Assembly: GCF_009914755.1 (NCBI RefSeq)
Contig: NC_060928.1
Strand: one strand, 5' to 3'
Origin: the human T2T-CHM13v2.0 reference genome, Homo sapiens
Length of the DNA stretch: 64,000 nucleotides
In this document: one piece after another, positions 13,243 through 30,300 of the stretch
Position numbering within the stretch: the stretch's first letter is position 1
How the letters are laid out: each line of letters opens with the position of its first letter
The notes under the pieces: generated by a model
Database searches by the model: none
What the model was told of the DNA's origin: nothing
The model's input: only the letters and a program-made list of their open reading frames with translations
Position numbers and translations under genes: made by a program

Positions 13243-15989
13243 TTAGTTCTATGAAATAAGTTATATTAGGAAAAGGATCCCTAGCATGTTTAGCTTTTAA
13301 GATGTTTCTCAAATGTTGCATAATTTCTTATCAATTTTCATTATTCATACCCATTCCCAAGCAATAGCCAATCAATATCGCATGAATGAGTAAACACAGA
13401 AAATACATTAAAAATTAAAAATGAATCTACATATTTTATATACCACTGCCACAAAATATTCCCAAATAAGGATTTATTTTTGTACTTAAAAATTTTCAAT
13501 AATAGTTGCCTGTATGCATATAATATTCCTCTACATGCACATAATATAATAAACCACATTAATTGTGATTCAAAACTTTTGTACAATATAACAAAATGGA
13601 TAAAATGGACATTACATATGTCCCTTCTACTATATGGAAATCATGCAATTCAACTTCTTAGTGTGTGTTAAAATGCTCAGTATTCAAGATGAACTCTCAT
13701 ACACCCCAACTCTTCCTTTGAAGACAAAACACATACACATGCCTGTGCACATGCACAAGAAGTTTCAAGCGAAATGCGTTGTTATCAAAACTTCTTCTAA
13801 ACAAAACTTCATTGCTTAATAAATACATTTGGATTACAATCCCTGGCTTGGATTAAGCAACAATTATACAGAGACAAAGAGCAAAAGTACTTCAATATAT
13901 TTTAATACTGCTAAAAATCAAACTCAGTATGAAACTATGAAATCCTTTTACAATCATGCTATACTTTAGTACTATAATAACTTTTTCTCAGAGACCATTT
14001 ATCCTAAAGATGCATTTATTTTGATTAATTATCAGTATATCTAGGTCTTACCTGGCAGTGTTTGTGTCATGACTGTGAAACTAATCCATGATCCAATCTG
14101 TTATATTAAAACTTAAATTAGCACATACATAAATGGAATCTAGTAATTTGTTCATTTGTGGCTTTAACAGGTAATTTTAAGGCTTAAAATATTAGAAAAC
14201 TTATAGATAGGAATACATTTTCAAGAAATAATAATTTAATTTTTACATATAAAGTCATAAGCAATCTCATAAAATGGGATCATATTTATAAGAAAATGAA
14301 AGACATTGTTTAATATTTGAAAAAATTGTGATTGAAATGTTCTATTTTGTTATACCATGATCTGTGGATAAGACCTCTATATTTTTCCTGTATATATTAA
14401 TTTATAATACATGTAAATACATAAGCACATGCATTTAGTATATCATGAATAGGATTCAAGCATTTACATACATAAATAACATACCTCATAGGTGTAGTTA
14501 GGACATGAAACCAGGAAAAACATCCATGTGAAGGGGTTATAATTTGGACTTGGGAAACAGGCATTGTTTCCTTTTTCAAAGGAAAGTAAAATGTCAATGA
14601 TGCTACACATTGCAAATCTGATCATATGCTTATTATATAATACTAAGTTCCCCAAAATAACTGTGTACCACATGAAATGTCATCACGTATTTATAGCAAC
14701 CTATTTTGCAAATTACTCAGAAGAGACCCAGCTTTAAATGTTATAACCTTTTGACTCAAATAAAATAGCTGTCATTTTCATACCATGTCTACAGCTATGT
14801 TGCTGTAACACTGCAGAGTACATAAGGATAATCAATTCTTTAAGATCTTAAATATATATAAATTATTTTTACATTATAATGATTGAAATAGTACTACATG
14901 CTGAAATTATAAAGTGTGTTTTAACATTTGCCCACCTCTTCACATTCCCCTTTACTATCAAAGAAGATACATTTGTTTGAGATTATTAAATACCTCAAAA
15001 TTCCCTGTATTAAATTGGTGAAAGTCATAAGGAATTTTATAAAGATGTCATTTATACCAGAAAAGTATGCACACCTCTAATAAAAGGATTACACTGAATA
15101 TCAGTATAGTTAATATTCTGAGATACCACGTTTCTGTTCAGCAGTCAGGATTGATAGTTACATCTCTCATTATACTTCACATATTGTCACTTTATTTTTG
15201 TTAATTATTTTCCCCTTTCAATTGTTTTTAAGAAACATTTTAGATAACAAATTTTTAATGATTTCAGGTTGAACTTGGAGCTGTGACATTTGTAAAAGTA
15301 AATATGAATTATAAAATTACTGTTTTATTCTCCATACCAAGATTTAATCAGATAACAAATCAGCTAAACTCTTTTACTTATAACTCTGAAGTCATAATAA
15401 AATGTCAGTGTGTTGTTTTCAAAATTGTAACAATTGCTGAAATATCAAAGTTAAAAATTATGCTAAGTATTGTGCAGATTTTACAACTGTTCATAAAAAT
15501 AAATATGTAGGCCTTTTGTTATTACTGATTTTTTACAGCATTTTTGTAGACACCTTTGTGTAATGTCCTATATTAATAAAAAAAAGATAATTGAGGAATC
15601 CACCCAAGTTATAGTTACTGAATTTCAGAGGCAGAAGTTTCAGGAAATAGTCTGTTTTAGAGCCTGTAGTTTATGAGTGTTCAGCCCCTAGAGGTGTGGA
15701 ATGATCAAGGGTCTACAAATCTACATTTTTTCCAGACCTAGTTTGTAGATTAAATAATGGATATGCCTTATGACACAGAAAAATATATGTATATAGATAA
15801 TATTGTTTCAAGTATACACAGTTGCTGTTAACTGTAATATTAAATAAGTTTAGGAGTTACTAATTTAATACTTACATTCTTCATAAATGTTCTCTCAACC
15901 TATAGTTATTATAATAGAGCTTCTATTAAATTAAAGTCAGGAGGTTTTTTACATTAAAATGCTGCCCCACCAGATTCTTCTTTAGGCAT

Positions 15990-18458
15990 ATAAGGTTTAT
16001 TCCATTTCTTCAGGGAGTGCTACTGGCAGAGAAACTTCAACTTTCAGTACTCCCTATAGTTGGAAGCAACCTCACCCAAGGTCACACTCACTGATTTAGC
16101 TTTACTATGGTATTTGATCAATATTGAAAATTGATTAACTCAATTCAGAAGAACATGGATTGTTCATCCCAGTTTTAGAATGTCCCATGCAATCATTGGA
16201 GACTTGTTGAGACTATATCGCTCTCAATTTCCTACCTAAATATGATTTATTTCTTCTATCCAGAAAACTACTCCTTAACAATCCTCCTGAGTATTAATCT
16301 CCATCCTGGCATTTGCATTCCAGAAAACCCAGCTTACATAGTTGGCACCAGGAATGGCACAAAAAGCAGATGTTGGAATGGCATTTTAGAGTTGAATGAC
16401 TTACCAAAAGGCCTGCAATGAGTACTCCATAGCTGATGGTAGGTTCAGACAGACAGCTAATGGTACAGGGTAGCAATCCAAGTGTAAAAATCTTTTACTA
16501 CTGGTATATTGTTATGTTATAGTGGTTGAAAACAATATTCTATTTGGTCTAATATTACAAGTGGGACTGAAAGGCTCAACAAACACATCTAAAACAAACT
16601 GCTAATTGGCAATTAAAAGCCAGTTGTGAAAGTTAGAGGTCCACCTAGATAATATGCAAAGAGGCTCGAAGAGGGCAGAAAAAGCTAAGGAACAGGTCCA
16701 GGTCTTAACTGCAAAAGTAGTCAAACTCTAAAGAATGTACAACTCCAATCCAATGCAGATCTGTTAAGTCAAGTTTGTTTACCACAAAATCTTGGAATAT
16801 CTAGGTTTTCATAAATTCCTTGAGCCTGCAGAGGTGGCCCACTCTTCCCTATGAAAGTTGAGCACATCCTTCCTTAAAAGCAACACAGAAGGCACTACAC
16901 TGCAAGAATACCCCCCTTGAAGATCTCCCCTATCTTTTCTTCTAGCCACTACAACTAGGGTTATATCACAATATAAACTACCTGAGGCTGTTCTGGGGCT
17001 GACAGAGAACAAAAAAGATAATGCCCCAAAGGAGCTGCAGAACCTACCCAGCATGAACCAACAAATTATAGGAGAATACACATGGGGTTGGAATCTGAGG
17101 GTGTTTGAAAAGAGGGGTAAAGTATAAAATTGAATAAAGATTTGTTTATGTTTTCGGAGCACTGTCCTGGAATATAGGAGTAAATATCCCTCTAAGATTG
17201 TACAAACACACTAATGATATGCACCTGGAAGCATGAACAAAGCAATGGCCCACAATAAGCAAAGAAGAAATGTTAGAATTTCCATGGCAGGCTGGGAAAG
17301 AAGGTGCTAAGTGCCTTAGAGAAATAGGAATCCTAGAGCAGATAGTCTACGCAAGGTTGAAAAGAGAGTGCTTCTTTCTATGCAAGGAATTTTTACCCTC
17401 GTTTCGTGTTCTCAGGTTTCTTCTCATGTTCCATGGGAGAACCAATAGGATGCACCACTTTTCAAAAATACAGGGAATATGGTAGTGAAAGGAACACCAT
17501 CATCACTAAGATTCGCATTGGCTCTTTGCTGTATCAGGCTTACTGTAAGTGAAATCATCTTAGAACTGAGATGACTAGTAGTGAACGGGATTAAAGGACC
17601 CTTCCTCACACCACTCCCTAGAAAATCAAGGCAGTTCCAATTACAGTACTTAATTGTTCATGAGCCAAAATGAATGGCCTGTTCATAGGAGGCTTGACCC
17701 ACAGAAAGTTATGTTTGGCTAGTAGAACACAATGTCTCTAGAAGCTAGATAGTTGGATACCCAACAATGCTATTGCTAAATTTAGACAAACAAAATAAAT
17801 TATAGATGAATAGTTAAGAGACTTGAGACAGCTGGTGCAATGTCAGATCTACTATTCCTTTCCCAGTATTGGAACGTGAATCAGTTCTAAGACTCTAAAC
17901 TCACTGAGGGAAGAATAGTCTGGGAGGAAAGATATTGTAACACCAAAACAAATGCACATGATAATGATTTCAGTGATCTTTACTAAAAGGACTTCATTGA
18001 TTCAGGGAACCATATACTAGAAAAAGTGGCATTTTCACATTTTAAGGACTGTTAGACAAAGTGGGTTCACAAAGGTAATTTATCCAGATCATAAATAAAT
18101 AATAATTGGAATATATATACTTTGTAGTTTGCACAATATGTACATTTGAAGCTTTCTTTCAACTGTCATACCCTCTGAGAAAATGGTCTTCACTAAAGGG
18201 AACTGCCTTACAAGGTCTTTTTCTTCCCCAGGTAGACTCATATCCAACTTATCTGTCTCCAGTCATTCCAACTCTTGACACCTCTACAGGGTTATCCTAG
18301 CTTCAGATACCCAATAGAGTTGACTGAGTCCATTCTTGTGACTACATCACAGCTCAACTTCCCCTTTGGCATGGTTCTCATTCCTTGCCTCTTTTCCATA
18401 ATTCCTAACAAACTTCTTTTATACAAATTTCTGCCACCTGAGAACATGACTCATGACA
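15990..18458 (+). mobile_element. Decayed ERVL provirus (LTR33/LTR16-like LTRs, ERV3-16A3-like interior) with gag and protease remnants
   Basis: LTR-like block to about 16340, then PBS-like TGGCACCAGGAATGG. Gag-like translations EQVQVLTAKVVKL, QWPTISKEEMLEFPW and LREIGILEQI (compare ERVL WPTVSELEMP..LREIGMLEWI). GLLD protease-like motif near 18045. A second LTR-like block ends ...catgaCA at 18458. Left boundary approximate. Confidence 0.65.
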
Positions 18459-19249
18459 TTTTGTACAATCAATATTAAATGGTTCCCTTCTAGACATAAC
18501 CATGCCTAAAGCACATCTAATAGATATTACAACAAACTCCAATTAATATGTTAGTGAGGGAATAAAAATTCAAGACTAGGAGACACCAGTTTAGAGCTGA
18601 CACAGGAACTGATAAAGATTTTATGTAAAGAAAAATAATGCATTGAGTATGTAGCTATTAAAAATTCATAATCAAAAGATGAGAGTTCACTTTGAGAAAA
18701 GATCTGGGACTTTATAGATCAGAACCCTGAATAGGGAGAAATTGAATACAATTATCTGAAATTAGTTGAGGCCAGAGGTTGTCATCTTGGAAGACATTGT
18801 TTCCAAGAAAGAAAATGATGCCCAGAGAAGTTTGCTCAGAGAGGGAAGGCATCATGTGGAAGCTTAAAAGGGAAGGGAAAGAAGGAAGCATGTTCTGGGA
18901 TTCAAGGAATTTGGAAAACAAGGATGTTAGAGGATGAGAAGACACGATGAAAAACCTCCTCTGTTTCCAGAACACACTTTGTTTTTTAGAGATTTCAGTA
19001 ACCTCATCTGTAAAAAACTATGTTATTTTTCTTCAAAGTCAATTCACACATTTAATAATAAATGTAAATCAATCAGCATTTACATGATGCTTCTGTGTGA
19101 ATAAACTAGAAAGTGTTTTCATTTGCAGACAAAAACTAACCCCCCACAAGGAAAACAAAACAAAATTTACAGAACACACACACACACAATTACCAAAGAA
19201 TGTATCCTTAAGAAATCCCAAAACTGAAAATAGATATGGAAAAAAAACA

Positions 19250-19770
19250 AGAAGATATAATACAAAATAAGAGTTGATTGTACTCAAGAAATTGTGGACA
19301 AGGAAGAAACTTTCCCAGTAATATGAAATATATTTTCATTTGCTTAAGAATGTAATATTCAACAGAACAGAGGATATTAAGCAGATAAAAAGAATAGCCA
19401 AAAAAGGGACAAAGATAGTCAAAGAGAAAGTGATAGAGAAGCTAGAGACAGAAGAAGGAACATAGGTACAGTGTAACCCCCCTATACTCCACAATGTAAT
19501 AAAACTAATTTTAAAATTGTAATTTGAGGAAATTTTTTAGAACGTAAAAAAAAAAACATGGATTAACCTACTAGAAGAGTACCTAGTGATCTGGGGAAAT
19601 TGGTTGGGAATCATCAACCCTTAGACACTCCCTCAAAATTCATAGACTTTTATAATAAAAAAGTCACCTGCACATCGAAGCAAAAAAACCATCATTTGAC
19701 AAAGGAGAGAGAATTAGGTTGGCATCTGATTCCTCAAGAGCAATATACAAAGCAAGATAAAGAGTGAACA
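19250..19770 (+). mobile_element. Ancient L1/HAL1 ORF1-region fragment
   Basis: gagaattaggttggcatctgattcctcaagagcaat resembles the ORF1 IRL.SDFS..T motif; A-rich. Confidence 0.45.
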
Positions 19771-19789
19771 TTAAAAGAGGGGGGCCTTC

Positions 19790-20467
19790 TTACATGAACA
19801 ATTTCAAAATTACTGGATGACTTAAAATTTTCATTTTCAAATGATGACACTATATTTCGAATAAATGAAGAAGCTTGAGTTGATTACATTGCTAGTCACC
19901 TAGATAAGACTAAAATTTGTGATATTTCTAACTTTGGCAATGCTAGCATTTTATTAGATTATATTGTGTTTCGCTTCTCTACTAAAAAAATTTAGACCCT
20001 CAGATATTTTTCACTTGTGATTCACATGCATCCAAAGAAAATTCAATGTATCTGTGAATTTGGATCAGATAAAAATGGCATTCAATCTCTTAATGAAATA
20101 TAGGCTTCACTCCACTGCAAATGAGGACCACAAACTACAACAGCATTGGCCTTACATGTAATTTTTTTTCACCAAGATAAAGCACAGATATTTTTAACTC
20201 ACAGTACACTTCTTTTTAAATCTGCATATACATAATTTATCACCAATACTCAAAAAGTTGAGTACTCATCACAATATTATGTAATGTGTAATAACAAACA
20301 TATGCTTATATTATAGCTTTTTCATATATTCACCATTGTTCTAATAAAATAATTTTCCCTTGTAATTATATGTATTTTATTTTACAGAACAACTATTCTG
20401 GAAAATGTTTTATATGTTTCACTAGCCTGCCAGAAGCGTGGAAGGCAAGGAAATGTTAAGAAATTCA
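19790..20467. mobile_element. hAT-Charlie (Charlie1/MER33-like) DNA transposon relic
   Basis: aaagcacagatattt and tttcactagcctgccag...gttaagaa resemble Charlie1-family ends; highly diverged. Confidence 0.35.
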
Positions 20468-20807
20468 AGTTGATGTTGAATGTTTATCATTTCTATTTGA
20501 ATTTACAATAAAATTATATATTATATAGGGTTAGCAGTTGGGAATCCCTACATGTAATTGAGCCTAAATGAGATGACTGATTTACCAAAAATATCTTTAA
20601 ATAATGGAGACTCTGTAAACTTTTTCAAATATACAGGTGAGTATAGAAGTAACTGAGTTTTTGCATTGTTGAAATTTGCTGTTTTATAATGGAATACATT
20701 ATTAAATAAATGTGGTTATGTTATACAACATTTTAATGGGCATTTCTCACTTTATGTTTTTTGCTAATGACTTATTACTTGCTGGTATTTTATGTTTATT
20801 TTAGTCT

Positions 20808-22154
<1,347 letters not shown>

Positions 22155-25100
22155 TAAAGATGTGTATGAGACTAGCTATAATGATTTAAAATTCATAGTT
22201 CAAAACCACAGTTACTTTTGCACCAACCTAAATATACTACTAACTTTGAAATGTTCTCCCAGGCATTGATATTTCAGTGCCATTGTATTTTTCAATGAAA
22301 GATTACCATCATTACAAAAAGAAAAACTAAAGGTAATTTGAAATAGTAGGACTTTATCAAATATTGTACAAGTGGGATCAATATTGAGAGTTTAGTAATT
22401 TGGATATTCATCAAGTGATTTTGTACTGCTTTTGTTCTTATTCATTAGTTCATTTATTTACATATTTAAGTGATATTGTTGTTTAGTGTGTGTGGGGAGG
22501 GTGATAGCGTGCATGCACACTTCATTTTAGAGAAATCATTACTAGAGAATAAGACTTGGTTCAAATATTTGGAAAAACTAGACATAAAAGGGAAAAAATG
22601 TGGCACATGTATTTCCAACTATTGATATTTTGATTTTTAAAGATTTTTTGAAGTAAGATTATAAAAATAATTGTTAACATAATTCACTCTAAAGAAAAGA
22701 AAAAGAAAAAAGAACTAACCTGTGTGATTGGGATGAGACAACATTACATTGATGAAATGATTCCCAGCTTCACAAATCTGCAAAACATTTTAAACACTTT
22801 CAGTGTGATACACCTCTGCCTATTTTTTAAAAAAACATATTCTAGAGTTATATAAAATCTGTGTTGTACATTAATCCCAAAGATTCAAAAGATATATATT
22901 TTATTCTAATCATAAAGAGAAATTTTTTTTAATTATAACAATGAAAGAAGTTCTTGCTGGCATATATTGAATAAAAAGTCACAACAAGTTGGAAATTCTG
23001 AAGATATTTTTCACGCTGTTTGATAATCAAGTTTAAACTGTCTTGTTAATCGGCTTTGTACTTGTTACTATGGGGAGACTTCCAGATCATACAGAGACAA
23101 CTCTTGCTGAAGACATATTTGGCATAGCTTCGTATTAATCTCAGTTCATTAACAGTAAAAATATTTCTAGTGAAATGGTGATTGTTTGATTTCCAGCTAG
23201 TTTCAGCTCAGTTTGGAAAACCTACTGTGAGCAGTGCTGCCACACAAAGAAACCTGCTGCTTCTCTGTCATCATGACCTCTTGATCATATGCACTCTACT
23301 AGTTGTCCCTGTTAATAGGCCATATGTCCCTCCAAGATCAAAGGCTTACCACCATCGCCTGAGACTAATAATGTTCCCAGTTTGCAACATGTGTCCTGTG
23401 AGGGTAAGACCTTTCCTTTGTCTGTCATATATACCTCATCTGATTTAACATAAGCTATGTATTTGACATATAAATACTATGTTACTGATAACAGAACATG
23501 TTATTCAAAATTGTTATTGTTTGAAGTCATTCAACTTGTAATATATCCCAAAAGTTGAGCACCCATTAAACTCAGTGCCTTTAATGTTATTAATCTCATA
23601 AAATATATCGGATTTTGTTCTTTTCAACCATTTCTGTATGCATTTTTCATATATAATAATAGTTCTATGGACTTTAATTTCTGGATGTTTCTCACAATAA
23701 ATAACTGGTATATATTTCAACACTTTCTAAATTTTAGGAAAAAATAGATTGAAAGAGAAAATTTAAATCCATTTTCATCATCTAGAACTGTTAGGTAAAA
23801 ATGCTATTTAAAATAATCATCTTCAATAAATTAATTCACCCAGGACATAATGTAAACAAATACACCAAATATATTAAATCTGTATTTAAAGATCCAGAAA
23901 ACAATACAAATACAAATTTTGTACCAACATAACTACACAAAATAATTATCGAAAAGGCTTTTGGTTTCTTAAGTTATCATTAGAAAGACAAAGTGGAATT
24001 TTGAATTTTCAGGTAATACTTTTTAAGTTGAAATTTTTACATGCAAATGTGGATAAGTGTGTGGGCTTTTGTGGCATGAACCTGCATTCACATGCCACAT
24101 ATTTAATTTACTATGTATGAGAGATTTAGTGAATTTCACATTTGGAATTTCATTTCTTCACCTAAATGCAAATATTAACTTCTGTCTCTAGAGAATTCAT
24201 GACAATTGAGTAAAGTCAAGTACCCTACACAGCCTATTTGCTCAATAAAATTATTGTGATAATTTTAGTTATCAATTTAATCAATAAAAACTTCCACAGA
24301 TTATCCTACAGTAATCTCACTTCTCTAGACTTCATTCTAACAAATCGTTAGCACTACAAAACCCATAATTACTAAACTAATGGTTTGTTACATTTCTGTT
24401 TAGTCTTCGTATCTTTTGTACATCTTTCAACTTAGACAGCTTGTCATATTCGTTTTCCATCACTCACAGTGCCAAACACAAAAATAGAAAATATTATAAA
24501 ATATTTATTAAAAAGCAAGTTGTTACCAAAATTTGTGAAAAAATAAGTTTTAGAAATTATAATTCTTCTGATGAAACGTATTTGTTTTGAGATTATTAAT
24601 ATTTTCATACTCATTCAAACATCAAAATATTTTCTTCTTCCTGCTTATTTATCACAACGAAACTAAATATTGGAACGTCAATTGTTTAACCAAATAATGA
24701 GCCATGAAAAAAATAGCATATAGGTTTAGTTAGAGCCTGGATAGATTTATAATAACACCAAATTTTTCATTAGGTGAAACTGTCCCTAGAAGAAAATATA
24801 ATTACATACTAAAACAAAAAATATGAGAGAGAAAGGTAGAAAAAAAGTGGTAAAGAAGCCAGCTTTTCCATTTTGCTATCTACTGATGAAATGCTTACAT
24901 GGTAAGAGTGGGGAGAAAAAACAACTATATCTCTATGCTTAGAGATTCTTAAATATTAATTTGGCAACTTCTTAAGGATTTTAAAGAGCAATAATAACTA
25001 GTAATTTCCATTTTAAGCACTGGCTTTTACACCTTCAGGTGAATCCAATACAGTTTGCGATGCTAACTGAATTAGATAAAACTGGTGATATAATTTCCTT

Positions 25101-26913
25101 TTAGGTAAAGGCTGAGTAAGATCAAGAAGCTCAGTCAGTGCTGTAAAACTCAATGCATTGTTCTATTACTGATTATAATTGCAGAGCCAATTAAATGTGA
25201 AACACCGGAATATTTCTCAGCATGACATATATTTCTCCTGGATTGATGTTTATCTAAATATGTCTTCATTTGGCATACAGTAAGTTTAAAAAGAAATTTA
25301 ATAAACAAAGTTTGGGGCAGATGCTATGAAGAAGTTTGATTTTACATTATTAAAAGTTAAAATTATCTTACATAATAAAACATGAGATGCTACGTATTAC
25401 CTATGTGTGTCCCTTATGTGACACAGATGTTCAAGATATTCTAGACAATAAACACATAGTAACGTAATAAAAATACTAAGAAAACATTGCCCAGATAAAT
25501 TTAGAAAGAAATAGTACTTGAACACTACATGTAAGAAGCAGCATCATTTTCCTACATTATTATAGTATAACAAATTAAGAATATTAAATGACTTAATCAT
25601 TCACAATTAAAAATTTTTAATAATTGTACTTTTAGTCAAAAAGTTTAACCTATCAAATAAAAATGTTTACATTTTCTAAACACACTCACAGAACTATAAG
25701 CAACCCAGGGACATTGCCAGAACTGCTTCTGTTGTCAAGAACAAGATGGCCTAGATTTATTTCATAAAAAGTAACCAGGTGCTTTTTGCTCTACAATGTG
25801 ATTATATTTAACACTAATAAGGTGTACACTAAAATAGTTAAGATGGTAAATAATATGTAATGTTCTTTTTCCCCATAATTAGTAAAAAATCCACTAGGTG
25901 CTAGTGTTTTAAGTAATAATGAACTTTAGGATGATGTTTGATAAATAAAAAAAATTTAAATGAACCTTACATTTTTATGCGCAGGCGTGGCTTAAAGCAA
26001 ATTTAAAAATATTTATTTGTACTTATATCATATAATCTTTATTGAGTAATTTGAATACTTCTTGCTTCAAACTAGTATTCATTTGAATAATAGCAGAATG
26101 TTAACGAACGAATAATCCATTCTATTATCTAGAGTTATCGTCATAAGGATAAATACAAAATAAATTGTCAACTAATACGATATTGAAGAATCAGTGTCTA
26201 CACACAAAAATAATCTTTTGCTTAAATAAATACTTTGGTCAAGAAAGTAAATAAAAACACTTACTTTTTCAGGACCCTCTATACTCTCATTTCTCTGACC
26301 TATTAATTTTATTTTTAATCAGTACTTCCAAATATTTAACAATGTTCAGTGTAGGGCAGTATCAAATTAATAACCTACAAAGGACTTTTGTTAATGTATA
26401 TTATTGTAAGTGATGTATTATGCAGCATACCGTGCTCTACAATTTTTTTAAAAAAATACACCCTGTTAAATCTCACTCTCAGGTTGAAAGACACAATTGA
26501 ATTATAATATATGGGATTTCAGCAATAAAGTTGCTCATCTTTTACTGTTAAGCATTGTGTCTTGGTCAGTAACCCGCTGTCATTGTGGAATGATACCAAT
26601 TACCAATGACTAAAGCAAGGGGTCGAGGGAGGACAGCTTGCAATGATCCACTTTTACAATATTTAAATATTGTTAATTTTTTACAGGCCTCATCAAGTTG
26701 ATCATTCTCTTCCTTAAAGAAATGAAAATGATGTATCAATAGAACAAAACTCACACGTCCTAATATAGAATTGGTAGCCATCAATTAGTCAGGCTCTGTC
26801 ATTTTGTGTTAGTAAAATCCTTTTGGTTTCCACAATAAAAATAATTAATCCTTATACTGTGATCTCATAATATTTTCATAAGAATGAAAATGATGTTTTA
26901 TCTTTTAATGTAA

Positions 26914-27367
<454 letters not shown>

Positions 27368-30300
27368 TAGACATTGCTAAAATGTTCCTAACACTAACGC
27401 TTTTCATCTTTTTCCTTTGCCAAACATTTATTCACTGAAAGAAAATAGGTTATGATGCGTCTTTGGCAAAGCATACTTGTATTTTCCTGTTATAGCTAGA
27501 CATCAAAATATGCCGTAATAGGTACCGACGAAGAAACATGTTGTAATAATATACTCATGGTTTGCTTACAAAGGTGTTTGTTTCTCTAATAAACACTTGC
27601 TTTCACGGACAAAAAAAAAGTGTCTGATGAATCTTCAAGAAAGCATGCTTACATATCTTCTAAAACTGGAATTGTAAATCTGTGTAGTATGAACCAATGT
27701 ACAAAGAACCGTGGTAATAACATATGCTCAGTTTGTTTAGTTTCAGTTATTATTATTTTATCTATAGCAACAATAATAGTAATAATAATAATTATATCTG
27801 TTTTATTTATTTTACCTGAATCAATATTTCAAAAATAAGGACAATTGTAGCTAAATATATTATTACAAAGTTTCACTTAGGAAATTTATTAACTATTCTG
27901 ATCTTGGACAATTTAATTTCTACTTTAATAGATAATGCATATCCACATAGAATTAAGTGCTTTTGACAATATAAGCCAGTATCACAATGCTTCAGCATTC
28001 ATAAACATTTTATCTTATTATAATTTATATTACTGTGTTCATAAAATTATAAACCTTTTTTCAATTTGTACTTTCTGCACTTTTATTATGAAGCTCCTTC
28101 ATACACATTTCTATCTTTTATACAGACATAAAGATAACATGTATTGTGCTTTAAAAGAAATACATTTAGTGTAAATTTTGGGTTTAACCAAAAATACATG
28201 TACTAACCAATATATTTTCAGTTTTCAAAATAAATAATGGTAAGACTCTAAATAAAAGTTCAGATATTGCATTTATATTATTACATAATGTGAAATATGT
28301 ATTAATATTTTAATATATTTTATGAACTTATTTTTTGCATGAAACAATTATTTTATTGCAAAAATTTTGATATAGGAGATGTTATCAATCAATAAAAATA
28401 ATTCAAATCATTTGATTTTGGAATTTGCTTAAGGCTTAAAATTATTTCATCTCTACTATGATGGTCCATTTCATTATCACAACCTTGGAAATATCAGAAT
28501 TATTTTTTAATTTATAGAGCTCTCATGCAATATTGTATAACATAAAAATATGAAAATATAGCATAAAAATAGCACCATAAAGTGAATATCTTCAGAAAGA
28601 AAGTTAGTTTACATACACTAACTCTGAAGTAAATGATGTTTGAAAACATTCATGATTTTTTCACAGGAGTTCTTTTTACATTAGATTCGATATCACATAT
28701 TCTAACAAGTGAAATCTCTATAGTTTTATAATCACTGCTGATTTTGATTTAAATCATTACTCTTATATTTCTGCAGTTTGGAGTAAGTTAGTCGTAGCTC
28801 AAAATAGACAATTATTATAAATTATAATGAAATGAGTGAAGCACAATATTGCCATTAATTTTATATCTTTAATTAGTCAACTAGTTTGCAAAATAAATTT
28901 TTAATAAGTAGTGATCCCCAAAAATTTAAGTATAAAAATTGATTCCTGTGTATGTTATTCTTTATATCAGATGCTTCAGGAAATTTGAGATGAGAGCAAA
29001 ATGGCAAATGATGAAAACACACAGAGTACTAGACTTTGTTTTCAGTCAATAAGTATAAATCCTTTTATTGGTACCTATCAATGGTAGGTAAGTGATCAGA
29101 AAATTTGTCATAACCAAATCTCAGTAGACTGCTGAAAATGAAAGCACTGAACTTTGGCACCCTTTTTTCTTTCATGCATCTTATCCATAAATGCCAAATT
29201 TCATAAGCAGTTTCTTGGCCTTTCTGTGGTTTATATAGTAGGGACTTGCTCTCCTGTTTTAAAAGCTATGATACATTGTTCCCAGCGCCCTCTTCACTAA
29301 TCAATGACCACTTCTGTACCCGAGGTTCTTTTCAGCTAAATATTACAAAAAGAGGTATACCTACTTGATAAAAGCATATTTTTTTTTCTTCTCCAAGACC
29401 ATTTGCATTTTAGGAATAATTTTAAAACACCTAAGTGACTGAATAACTAATGACAACACTGAAGACACAGAGGCAAAACTAGGGAAAATAGTTATTTTAA
29501 TTACTTTGTAAGCCATATCTTATATGCTATTATCAATTTCTTCCACTTCCTTCATTTTTGAAGACATTAAGAAAGGCTAGAAAAAGAGTTCCTTTTTGGT
29601 AAAATCCTCATTCTGCAAAGAATTGGCAAACTTTAATTGCTTCTGGAGAGTAAAAATAAAGTTAAGGGTACAAAAAGATAAAGAAAATAGGAAGGTTCTT
29701 TAGGTAAAGTATATTTTGTTTCACAATTGTGATTTTGGTATTTTTATTTGTTGGCTTTTGGGTGGAATTGGATTCAGAGGATGAGGTGGGGTCATGGAAA
29801 TATAAAGAGACTAAATTATAAAATTTATTCACAATATTTACATCAGACAATAAGATTGCATCTAAAATTTGTGTGGAAAGTTATTCTGATGTCTTCATAA
29901 ATTTGCCTGTATTTGATTCTCCTTAATTTTTCCTGTAGATTTGTGATACCCGAACATATCTGAGGATCAAATTGTGTTGAAAGTTAGAAAGAATTTAAAC
30001 CAAGGGAGAGGTGATAGACTATTTCTTTGGATATAATAGAGATAGAAAAAACCTCACCAAAATGGAAGAATTTTCCACCAAATAGGAACCTGATTTTACA
30101 ACATATTATGTATACATTGTAAATTATTTTGTTTTCCTTACAATTTATTTTGCTTAATATGTTAGAAAACTCAGAATAGTAGTAGAAAAAACAAGAGGGA
30201 GATGAAAATAAATTAATAACCATTAACAGTCTACAAAATAGATTAATCTGATATGGGTAATCGAGAATTAACTACAACTCTATTCAACATGGTTCTTCTA

